DNA of 64,000 nt, taken from positions 2,852,001-2,916,000 of the forward strand of contig OZ059900.1 of NCBI GenBank assembly GCA_964057225.1, written 5' to 3'. Under the pieces are notes generated by a model. It saw only the letters and a list, made by a program, of their open reading frames with translations, did not search any database and had not been told where the DNA came from. Shown here piece after piece: positions 1 to 12,100 of this stretch (its first letter is position 1; each line of letters opens with the position of its first letter). This DNA comes from Auanema rhodensis. Lineage: Eukaryota > Animalia > Nematoda. A program made the position numbers and the translations under genes.

Positions 1-347
1 CTCATATACATGATCAGAAGCATAGTTTTATTGTCTATGACAACAAAAGTCATCAATTAAACGCTAGTGATGTTTAAATACTGATTTTCGCTCAAATAGC
101 ATTACTACACTAAGTATGGTCGTTTTTATGCCTTTAACACCATATACTCACCGATTTTTGGTACAAAATCTGTAATACTCGTAAATTTTGATCATATTCG
201 TTAAGATTTGAGAATCAAACATACAATACACAAAATCAGTCTATTTTTATGAGCTTGCACTGATATATATTCATTTTGATCAAAAAAGGTCGAAAATAGA
301 AAGAATTTTTGAAATTTCCGAGTTTTGAGTCTAATTTGGCTAAATCG
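1..347 (+). repeat. Representative monomer (347-bp length variant)
   Basis: ctcatata at 1 recurs at 348. 102 G+C in 347 bp by hand count. The 347 vs 348 difference tracks the allele tttaaatactg (short) versus aatcact (long). Confidence 0.97.
274..285. other. Perfect 12-bp palindrome ttttgatcaaaa, present in nearly every monomer
   Basis: Read directly. It lies in a near-invariant segment and is disrupted in only a few monomers (tttttatcaaaa near 47207, 49295, 56252, 59035, 61470; atcaataaag at 63561). Confidence 0.9.
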
Positions 348-3300
348 CTCATATATATGATCAGAAGCATAGGTGTATTGTCTATGACAACAAAAGTCAT
401 TAATTAAACACTAATGATGTTTAAATCACTAAATTTCGCTCTAATAGCATTACTACACTAAGTATGGTCGTTTTTATGCCTTTAACACCATATACTCACC
501 GATTTTTGGTACAAAATCTGTAATACTCGTAAATTTTGATCATATTCGTTAAGATTTGAGAATCAAACACACAATACACAAAATCAGTCTATTTTTAAGA
601 GCTTGCACTGATATATATTCATTTTGATCAAAAAAGGTCGAAAATAGAAAGAATTTTTGAAATTTCCGAGTTTTGAGTCTAATTTGGCTAAATCGCTCAT
701 ATATATGATCAGAAGCATAGGTGTATTGTCTATGACAACAAAAGTCATCAATTAAACGCTAGTGATGTTTAAATACTGAATTTCGCTCAAATAGCATTAC
801 TACACTAAGTATGGTCGTTTTTATGCCTTTAACACCATATACTCACCGATTTTTGGTACAAAATCTGTAATACTTGTAAATTTTGATCATATTCGTTAAG
901 ATTCGAGAATCAAACACATAATACACGAAATAAGTCTATTTTTATGAGTTTGCACTGATATTTATTCATTTTGATCAAAAAAGGTCGAAAATAGAAAGAA
1001 TTTTTGAAATTTACGAGTTTTGAGTCTAATTTGGCTAAATCGCTCATATATATGATCAGAAGCATAGTTTTTTTGTCTATGACAACAAAAATCATTAGTT
1101 AAACACTAATGATGTTTAAATCACTAAATTTCGCTCAAATAGCATTACTACACTGAGTATGGTCGTTTTTATGCCTTTAACACCATATACTCACCGATTT
1201 TTGGTACAAAATCTGTAATACTTGTAAATTTTGATCATATTCGTTAAGATTCGAGAATCAAACACATAATACACGAAATAAGTCTATTTTTATGAGTTTG
1301 CACTGATATTTATTCATTTTGATCAAAAAAGGTCGAAAATAGAAAGAATTTTTGAATTTTCCGAGTTTTGAGTCCAATTGGGCTAAATCGCTCATATATA
1401 TGATCAAAAGCATAGTTTTACTGTCTATGATAACAAAAGTCTTCAAATATACACTAATAATGATTTAATCACTGAATTTCACTCAAATAGCATTACTACA
1501 CTAAGTATGGTCGTTTTTATGCCTTTAACACCATATACTCACCGATTTTTGGTACAAAATCTGTGATACTCGTAAATTTTGATCATATTCGGTGAGATTC
1601 GAGAATCAAACACACAATACACGAAATAAGTTTATTTTTACGAGTTTGCACTGATATTTATTCATTTTGATCAAAAAAGGTCGAAAATAGAAAGAATTTT
1701 TGAAATTTCCGAGTTTTGAGTCTAATTTGGCTAAATCGCTCATATATATGATCAAAAGCATAGTTTTATTGTCTATGACAACAAAAGTCATCAATTAAAC
1801 GCTAGTGATGTTTAAATACTGAATTTCGCTCAAATAGCATTACTACACTAAGTATGGTCGTTTTTATGCCTTTAACACCATATACTCACCGATTTTTGGT
1901 ACAAAATCTGTAATACTCGTAAATTTTGATCATATTCGTTAAGATTTGAGAATCAAACATACAATACACAAAATCAGTCTATTTTTATGAGCTTGCACTG
2001 ATATATATTCATTTTGATCAAAAAAGGTCGAAAATAGAAAGAATTTTTGAAATTTACGAGTTTTGAGTCTAATTTGGCTAAATCGCTCATATATATGATC
2101 AGAAGCATAGTTTTATTGTCTATGACAACGAAAGTCATTAATTAAACACTAATGATGTTTAAATCACTAAATTTCGCTCAAATAGCATTACTACACTAAG
2201 TATGGTCGTTTTTATGCCTTTAACACCATATACTCACCGATTTTTGGTACAAAATCTGTAATACTCGTAAATTTTGATCATATTCGGTGAGATTCGAGAA
2301 TCAAACACACAATACACAAAATAAGTTTTTTTTGACGAGTTTGCACTGATATTTATTCATTTTGATCAAAAAAGGTCGAAAATAGAAAGAATTTTTGAAT
2401 TTTCCGAGTTTTGAGTCCAATTGGGCTAAATCGCTCATATATATGATCAAAAGCATAGTTTTACTGTCTATGATAACAAAAGTCTTCAAATATACACTAA
2501 TGATGTGTAAATCACTGAATTTCACTCAAATAGCTTTACTACACTAAGTATGGTCGTTTTTATGCCTTTAACACCATATACTCACCGATTTTTGGTACAA
2601 AATCTGTAATACTCGTAAATTTTGATCATATTTGTTAAGATTTGAGAATCAAACATACAATACACAAAATCAGTCTATTTTTATGAGCTTGCACTGATAT
2701 ATATTCATTTTGATCAAAAAAGGTCGAAAATAGAAAGAATTTTTGAAATTTCCGAGTTTTGAGTCTAATTTGGCTAAATCGCTCATATACATGATCAGAA
2801 GCATAGTTTTATTGTCTATGACAACAAAAGTCATCAATTAAACGCTAGTGATGTTTAAATACTGAATTTCGCTCAAATAGCATTACTACACTAAGTATGG
2901 TCGTTTTTATGCCTTTAACACCATATACTCACCGATTTTTGGTACAAAATCTGTGATACTCGTAAATTTTGATCATATTCGGTGAGATTCGAGAATCAAA
3001 CACACAATACACGAAATAAGTTTATTTTTACGAGTTTGCACTGATATATATTCATTTTGATCAAAAAAGGTCGAAAATAGAAAGAATTTTTGAAATTTCC
3101 GAGTTTTGAGTCTAATTTGGCTAAATCGCTCATATACATGATCAGAAGCATAGTTTTATTGTCTATGACAACAAAAGTCATCAATTAAACGCTAGTGATG
3201 TTTAAATACTGAATTTCGCTCAAATAGCATTACTACACTAAGTATGGTCGTTTTTATGCCTTTAACACCATATACTCACCGATTTTTGGTACAAAATCTG

Positions 3301-6129
3301 TGATACTCGTAAATTTTGATCATATTCGGTGAGATTCGAGAATCAAACACACAATACACGAAATAAGTTTATTTTTACGAGTTTGCACTGATATATATTC
3401 ATTTTGATCAAAAAAGGTCGAAAATAGAAAGAATTTTTGAAATTTCCGAGTTTTGAGTCTAATTTGGCTAAATCGCTCATATACATGATCAGAAGCATAG
3501 TTTTATTGTCTATGACAACAAAAGTCATCAATTAAACGCTAGTGATGTTTAAATACTGAATTTCGCTCAAATAGCATTACTACACTAAGTATGGTCGTTT
3601 TTATGCCTTTAACACCATATACTCACCGATTTTTGGTACAAAATCTGTGATACTCGTAAATTTTGATCATATTCGGTGAGATTCGAGAATCAAACACACA
3701 ATACACGAAATAAGTTTATTTTTACGAGTTTGCACTGATATTTATTCATTTTGATCAAAAAAGGTCGAAAATAGAAAGAATTTTTGAAATTTCCGAGTTT
3801 TGAGTCTAATTTGGCTAAATCGCTCATATATATGATCAAAAGCATAGTTTTACTGTCTATGATAACAAAAGTCTTCAAATATACACTAATAATGTGTAAA
3901 TCACTGAATTTCACTCAAATAGCATTACTACACTAAGTATGGTCGTTTTTATGCCTTTAACACCATATACTCAACGATTTTTGGTACAAAATCTGTAATA
4001 CTCGTAAATTTTGATCATATTCGTTAAGATTTGAGAATCAAACATACAATACACAAAATCAGTCTATTTTTATGAGCTTGCACTGATATATATTCATTTT
4101 GATCAAAAAAGGTCGAAAATAGAAAGAATTTTTGAAATTTCCGAGTTTTGAGTCTAATTTGGCTAAATCGCTCATATACATGATCAGAAGCATAGTTTTA
4201 TTGTCTATGACAACAAAAGTCATCAATTAAACGCTAGTGATGTTTAAATACTGAATTTCGCTCAAATAGCATTACTACACTAAGTATGGTCGTTTTTATG
4301 CCTTTAACACCATATACTCACCGATTTTTGGTACAAAATCTGTGATACTCGTAAATTTTGATCATATTCGGTGAGATTCGAGAATCAAACACACAATACA
4401 CGAAATAAGTTTATTTTTACGAGTTTGCACTGATATTTATTCATTTTGATCAAAAAAGGTCGAAAATAGAAAGAATTTTTTAAATTTCCGAGTTTTGAGT
4501 CTAATTTGGCTAAATCGCTCATATATATGATCAAAAGCATAGTTTTATTGTCTATGACAACAAAAGTCATCAATTAAACGCTAGTGATGTTTAAATACTG
4601 AATTTCGCTCAAATAGCATTACTACACTAAGTATGGTCGTTTTTATGCCTTTAACACCATATACTCACCGATTTTTGGTACAAAATCTGTAATACTCGTA
4701 AATTTTGATCATATTCGTTAAGATTTGAGAATCAAACATACAATACACAAAATCAGTCTATTTTTATGAGCTTGCACTGATATATATTCATTTTGATCAA
4801 AAAAGGTCGAAAATAGAAAGAATTTTTGAAATTTACGAGTTTTGAATCTAATTTGGCTAAATCGCTCATATATATGATCAAAAGCATAGTTTCACTGTCT
4901 ATGATAACAAAAGTCTTCAAATATACACTAATAATGATTTAATCACTGAATTTCACTCAAATAGCATTACTACACTAAGTATGGTCGTTTTTATGCCTTT
5001 AACACCATATACTCACCGATTTTTGGTACAAAATCTGTGATACTCGTAAATTTTGATCATATTCGGTGACATTCGAGAATCAAACATACAATACACAAAA
5101 TCAGTCTATTTTTATGAGCTTGCACTGATATATATTCATTTTGATCAAAAAAGGTCGAAAATAGAAAGAATTTTTGAAATTTACGAGTTTTGAGTCTAAT
5201 TTGGCTAAATCGCTCATATATATGATCAGAAGCATAGTTTTATTGTCTATGACAACGAAAGTCATTAATTAAACACTAATGATGTTTAAATCACTAAATT
5301 TCGCTCAAATAGCATTACTACACTAAGTATGGTCGTTTTTATGCCTTTAACACCATATACTCACCGATTTTTGGTACAAAATCTGTAATACTCGTAAATT
5401 TTGATCATATTCGGTGAGATTCGAGAATCAAACACACAATACACAAAATAAGTTTATTTTGACGAGTTTGCACTGATATTTATTCATTTTGATCAAAAAA
5501 GGTCGAAAATAGAAAGAATTTTTGAATTTTCCGAGTTTTGAGTCCAATTGGGCTAAATCGCTCATATATATGATCAAAAGCATAGTTTTACTGTCTATGA
5601 TAACAAAAGTCTTCAAATATACACTAATGATGTGTAAATCACTGAATTTCACTCAAATAGCTTTACTACACTAAGTATGGTCGTTTTTATGCCTTTAACA
5701 CCATATACTCACCGATTTTTGGTACAAAATCTGTAATACTCGTAAATTTTGATCATATTCGTTAAGATTTGAGAATCAAACATACAATACACAAAATCAG
5801 TCTATTTTTATGAGCTTGCACTGATATATATTCATTTTGATCAAAAAAGGTCGAAAATAGAAAGAATTTTTGAAATTTCCGAGTTTTGAGTCTAATTTGG
5901 CTAAATCGCTCATATATATGATCAAAAGCATAGTTTTACTGTCTATGATAACAAAAGTCTTCAAATATACACTAATAATGTGTAAATCACTGAATTTCAC
6001 TCAAATAGCTTTACTACACTAAGTATGGTCGTTTTTATGCCTTTAACACCATATACTCAACGATTTTTGGTACAAAATCTGTAATACTCGTAAATTTTGA
6101 TCATATTCGTTAAGATTTGAGAATCAAAC

Positions 6130-9100
6130 ATACAATACACAAAATCAGTCTATTTTTATGAGCTTGCACTGATATATATTCATTTTGATCAAAAAGGGTC
6201 GAAAATAGAAAGAATTTTTGAAATTTCCGAGTTTTGAGTCTAATTTGGCTAAATCGCTCATATATATGATCAAAAGCATAGTTTCACTGTCTATGATAAC
6301 AAAAGTCTTCAAATATACACTAATAATGATTTAATCACTGAATTTCACTCAAATAGCATTACTACACTAAGTATGGTCGTTTTTATGCCTTTAACACCAT
6401 ATACTCACCGATTTTTGGTACAAAATCTGTAATACTCGTAAATTTTGATCATATTCGTTAAGATTTGAGAATCAAACATACAATACACAAAATCAGTCTA
6501 TTTTTATGAGCTTGCACTGATATATATTCATTTTGATCAAAAAGGGTCGAAAATAGAAAGAATTTTTGAAATTTCCGAGTTTTGAGTCTAATTTGGCTAA
6601 ATCGCTCATATATATGATCAAAAGCATAGTTTCACTGTCTATGATAACAAAAGTCATTAATTAAACACTAATGATGTTTAAATCACTAAATTTCGCTCTA
6701 ATAGCATTACTACACTAAGTATGGTCGTTTTTATGCCTTTAACACCATATACTCACCGATTTTTGGTACAAAATCTGTAATACTCGTAAATTTTGATCAT
6801 ATTCGTTAAGATTTGAGAATCAAACACACAATACACAAAATCAGTCTATTTTTATGAGCTTGCACTGATATATATTCATTTTGATCAAAAAAGGTCGAAA
6901 ATAGAAAGAATTTTTGAAATTTCCGAGTTTTGAGTCTAATTTGGCTAAATCGCTCATATATATGATCAGAAGCATAGGTGTATTGTCTATGACAACAAAA
7001 GTCATCAATTAAACGCTAGTGATGTTTAAATACTGAATTTCGCTCAAATAGCATTACTACACTAAGTATGGTCGTTTTTATGCCTTTAACACCATATACT
7101 CACCGATTTTTGGTACAAAATCTGTAATACTTGTAAATTTTGATCATATTCGTTAAGATTCGAGAATCAAACACATAATACACGAAATAAGTCTATTTTT
7201 ATGAGTTTGCACTGATATTTATTCATTTTGATCAAAAAAGGTCGAAAATAGAAAGAATTTTTGAAATTTACGAGTTTTGAGTCTAATTTGGCTAAATCGC
7301 TCATATATATGATCAGAAGCATAGTTTTTTTGTCTATGACAACAAAAATCATTAGTTAAACACTAATGATGTTTAAATCACTAAATTTCGCTCAAATAGC
7401 ATTACTACACTGAGTATGGTCGTTTTTATGCCTTTAACACCATATACTCACCGATTTTTGGTACAAAATCTGTAATACTTGTAAATTTTGATCATATCCG
7501 TTAAGATTTGAGAATCAAACACATAATACACGAAATAAGTCTATTTTTATGAGTTTGCACTGATATTTATTCATTTTGATCAAAAAAGGTCGAAAATAGA
7601 AAGAATTTTTGAATTTTCCGAGTTTTGAGTCCAATTGGGCTAAATCGCTCATATATATGATCAAAAGCATAGTTTTACTGTCTATGATAACAAAAGTCTT
7701 CAAATATACACTAATAATGATTTAATCACTGAATTTCACTCAAATAGCATTACTACACTAAGTATGGTCGTTTTTATGCCTTTAACACCATATACTCACC
7801 GATTTTTGGTACAAAATCTGTGATACTCGTAAATTTTGATCATATTCGGTGAGATTCGAGAATCAAACACACAATACACGAAATAAGTTTATTTTTACGA
7901 GTTTGCACTGATATTTATTCATTTTGATCAAAAAAGGTCGAAAATAGAAAGAATTTTTGAAATTTCCGAGTTTTGAGTCTAATTTGGCTAAATCGCTCAT
8001 ATATATGATCAAAAGCATAGTTTCACTGTCTATGATAACAAAAGTCTTCAAATATACACTAATAATGTGTAAATCACTGAATTTCACTCAAATAGCATTA
8101 CTACACTAAGTATGGTCGTTTTTATGCCTTTAACACCATATACTCACCGATTTTTGGTACAAAATCTGTGATACTCGTAAATTTTGATCATATTCGGTGA
8201 GATTCGAGAATCAAACACACAATACACGAAATAAGTTTATTTTTACGAGTTTGCACTGATATTTATTCATTTTGATCAAAAAAGGTCGAAAATAGAAAGA
8301 ATTTTTGAAATTTCCGAGTTTTGAGTCTAATTTGGCTAAATCGCTCATATATATGATCAAAAGCATAGTTTTATTGTCTATGACAACAAAAGTCATCAAT
8401 TAAACGCTAGTGATGTTTAAATACTGAATTTCGCTCAAATAGCATTACTACACTAAGTATGGTCGTTTTTATGCCTTTAACACCATATACTCACCGATTT
8501 TTGGTACAAAATCTGTAATACTCGTAAATTTTGATCATATTCGGTGAGATTCGAGAATCAAACACACAATACACAAAATAAGTTTATTTTGACGAGTTTG
8601 CACTGATATTTATTCATTTTGATCAAAAAAGGTCGAAAATAGAAAGAATTTTTGAATTTTCCGAGTTTTGAGTCCAATTGGGCTAAATCGCTCATATATA
8701 TGATCAAAAGCATAGTTTTACTGTCTATGATAACAAAAGTCTTCAAATATACACTAATGATGTGTAAATCACTGAATTTCACTCAAATAGCTTTACTACA
8801 CTAAGTATGGTCGTTTTTATGCCTTTAACACCATATACTCACCGATTTTTGGTACAAAATCTGTAATACTCGTAAATTTTGATCATATTCGGTGAGATTC
8901 GAGAATCAAACACACAATACACAAAATAAGTTTATTTTGACGAGTTTGCACTGATATTTATTCATTTTGATCAAAAAAGGTCGAAAATAGAAAGAATTTT
9001 TGAAATTTCCGAGTTTTGAGTCTAATTTGGCTAAATCGCTCATATATATGATCAAAAGCATAGTTTTATTGTCTATGACAACAAAAGTCATCAATTAAAC

Positions 9101-12100
9101 GCTAGTGATGTTTAAATACTGAATTTCGCTCAAATAGCATTACTACACTAAGTATGGTCGTTTTTATGCCTTTAACACCATATACTCACCGATTTTTGGT
9201 ACAAAATCTGTAATACTTGTAAATTTTGATCATATTCGTTAAGATTCGAGAATCAAACACATAATACACGAAATAAGTCTATTTTTATGAGTTTGCACTG
9301 ATATTTATTCATTTTGATCAAAAAAGGTCGAAAATAGAAAGAATTTTTGAAATTTACGAGTTTTGAGTCTAATTTGGCTAAATCGCTCATATATATGATC
9401 AGAAGCATAGTTTTTTTGTCTATGACAACAAAAATCATTAGTTAAACACTAATGATGTTTAAATCACTAAATTTCGCTCAAATAGCATTACTACACTGAG
9501 TATGGTCGTTTTTATGCCTTTAACACCATATACTCACCGATTTTTGGTACAAAATCTGTAATACTTGTAAATTTTGATCATATCCGTTAAGATTTGAGAA
9601 TCAAACACATAATACACGAAATAAGTCTATTTTTATGAGTTTGCACTGATATTTATTCATTTTGATCAAAAAAGGTCGAAAATAGAAAGAATTTTTGAAT
9701 TTTCCGAGTTTTGAGTCCAATTGGGCTAAATCGCTCATATATATGATCAAAAGCATAGTTTTACTGTCTATGATAACAAAAGTCTTCAAATATACACTAA
9801 TAATGATTTAATCACTGAATTTCACTCAAATAGCATTACTACACTAAGTATGGTCGTTTTTATGCCTTTAACACCATATACTCACCGATTTTTGGTACAA
9901 AATCTGTGATACTCGTAAATTTTGATCATATTCGGTGAGATTCGAGAATCAAACACACAATACACGAAATAAGTTTATTTTTACGAGTTTGCACTGATAT
10001 TTATTCATTTTGATCAAAAAAGGTCGAAAATAGAAAGAATTTTTGAAATTTCCGAGTTTTGAGTCTAATTTGGCTAAATCGCTCATATATATGATCAAAA
10101 GCATAGTTTCACTGTCTATGATAACAAAAGTCTTCAAATATACACTAATAATGTGTAAATCACTGAATTTCACTCAAATAGCATTACTACACTAAGTATG
10201 GTCGTTTTTATGCCTTTAACACCATATACTCACCGATTTTTGGTACAAAATCTGTGATACTCGTAAATTTTGATCATATTCGGTGAGATTCGAGAATCAA
10301 ACACACAATACACGAAATAAGTTTATTTTTACGAGTTTGCACTGATATTTATTCATTTTGATCAAAAAAGGTCGAAAATAGAAAGAATTTTTGAAATTTC
10401 CGAGTTTTGAGTCTAATTTGGCTAAATCGCTCATATATATGATCAAAAGCATAGTTTTATTGTCTATGACAACAAAAGTCATCAATTAAACGCTAGTGAT
10501 GTTTAAATACTGAATTTCGCTCAAATAGCATTACTACACTAAGTATGGTCGTTTTTATGCCTTTAACACCATATACTCACCGATTTTTGGTACAAAATCT
10601 GTAATACTCGTAAATTTTGATCATATTCGGTGAGATTCGAGAATCAAACACACAATACACAAAATAAGTTTATTTTGACGAGTTTGCACTGATATTTATT
10701 CATTTTGATCAAAAAAGGTCGAAAATAGAAAGAATTTTTGAATTTTCCGAGTTTTGAGTCCAATTGGGCTAAATCGCTCATATATATGATCAAAAGCATA
10801 GTTTTACTGTCTATGATAACAAAAGTCTTCAAATATACACTAATGATGTGTAAATCACTGAATTTCACTCAAATAGCTTTACTACACTAAGTATGGTCGT
10901 TTTTATGCCTTTAACACCATATACTCACCGATTTTTGGTACAAAATCTGTAATACTTGTAAATTCTGATCATATTCGGTGAGATTCGAGAATCAAACACA
11001 CAATACACAAAATCAGTCTATTTTTATGAGCTTGCACTGATATATATTCATTTTGATCAAAAAGGGTCGAAAATAGAAAGAATTTTTGAAATTTCCGAGT
11101 TTTGAGTCTAATTTGGCTAAATCGCTCATATATATGATCAAAAGCATAGTTTCACTGTCTATGATAACAAAAGTCTTCAAATATACACTAATAATGATTT
11201 AATCACTGAATTTCACTCAAATAGCATTACTACACTAAGTATGGTCGTTTTTATGCCTTTAACACCATATACTCACCGATTTTTGGTACAAAATCTGTAA
11301 TACTCGTAAATTTTGATCATATTCGTTAAGATTTGAGAATCAAACATACAATACACAAAATCAGTCTATTTTTATGAGCTTGCACTGATATATATTCATT
11401 TTGATCAAAAAGGGTCGAAAATAGAAAGAATTTTTGAAATTTCCGAGTTTTGAGTCTAATTTGGCTAAATCGCTCATATATATGATCAAAAGCATAGTTT
11501 CACTGTCTATGATAACAAAAGTCTTCAAATATACACTAATAATGATTTAATCACTGAATTTCACTCAAATAGCATTACTACACTAAGTATGGTCGTTTTT
11601 ATGCCTTTAACACCATATACTCACCGATTTTTGGTACAAAATCTGTAATACTCGTAAATTTTGATCATATTCGTTAAGATTTGAGAATCAAACACACAAT
11701 ACACAAAATCAGTCTATTTTTATGAGCTTGCACTGATATATATTCATTTTGATCAAAAAAGGTCGAAAATAGAAAGAATTTTTGAAATTTCCGAGTTTTG
11801 AGTCTAATTTGGCTAAATCGCTCATATATATGATCAAAAGCATAGTTTCACTGTCTATGATAACAAAAGTCTTCAAATATACACTAATGATGTGTAAATC
11901 ACTGAATTTCACTCAAATAGCTTTACTACACTAAGTATGGTCGTTTTTATGCCTTTAACACCATATACTCACCGATTTTTGGTACAAAATCTGTAATACT
12001 TGTAAATTCTGATCATATTCGGTGAGATTCGAGAATCAAACACACAATACACAAAATCAGTCTATTTTTATGAGCTTGCACTGATATATATTCATTTTGA

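Noticed and set aside
46-296. Hammerhead ribozyme, as found in some transcribed satellites
   Set aside because: No CTGANGA core on either strand (only ctgatat/ctgaatt on plus and ttgatga/ctgatca on minus), and no compatible stems around the cgaaa motifs.
1-347. Assignment to a named ~350-bp satellite family, or to 5S rDNA, tRNA or telomeric repeats
   Set aside because: Similar length and AT content are not evidence of homology, and I cannot run a search. I saw no 5S, tRNA or telomere motifs.
11-363. A finer ~87-bp (quarter-monomer) subrepeat suggested by tgatca at 189/277/358 and tcgctca about 90 bp apart
   Set aside because: Only isolated short words match, the fourth tgatca is missing and the flanks do not align; it is not separable from chance by eye.
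890-908. CENP-B-box-like motif attcgttaagattcgaga
   Set aside because: The functional core is TTCG-N4-A-N2-CGGG. Here the spacing is one base too long, CGGG is CGAG, and both CpGs are polymorphic.
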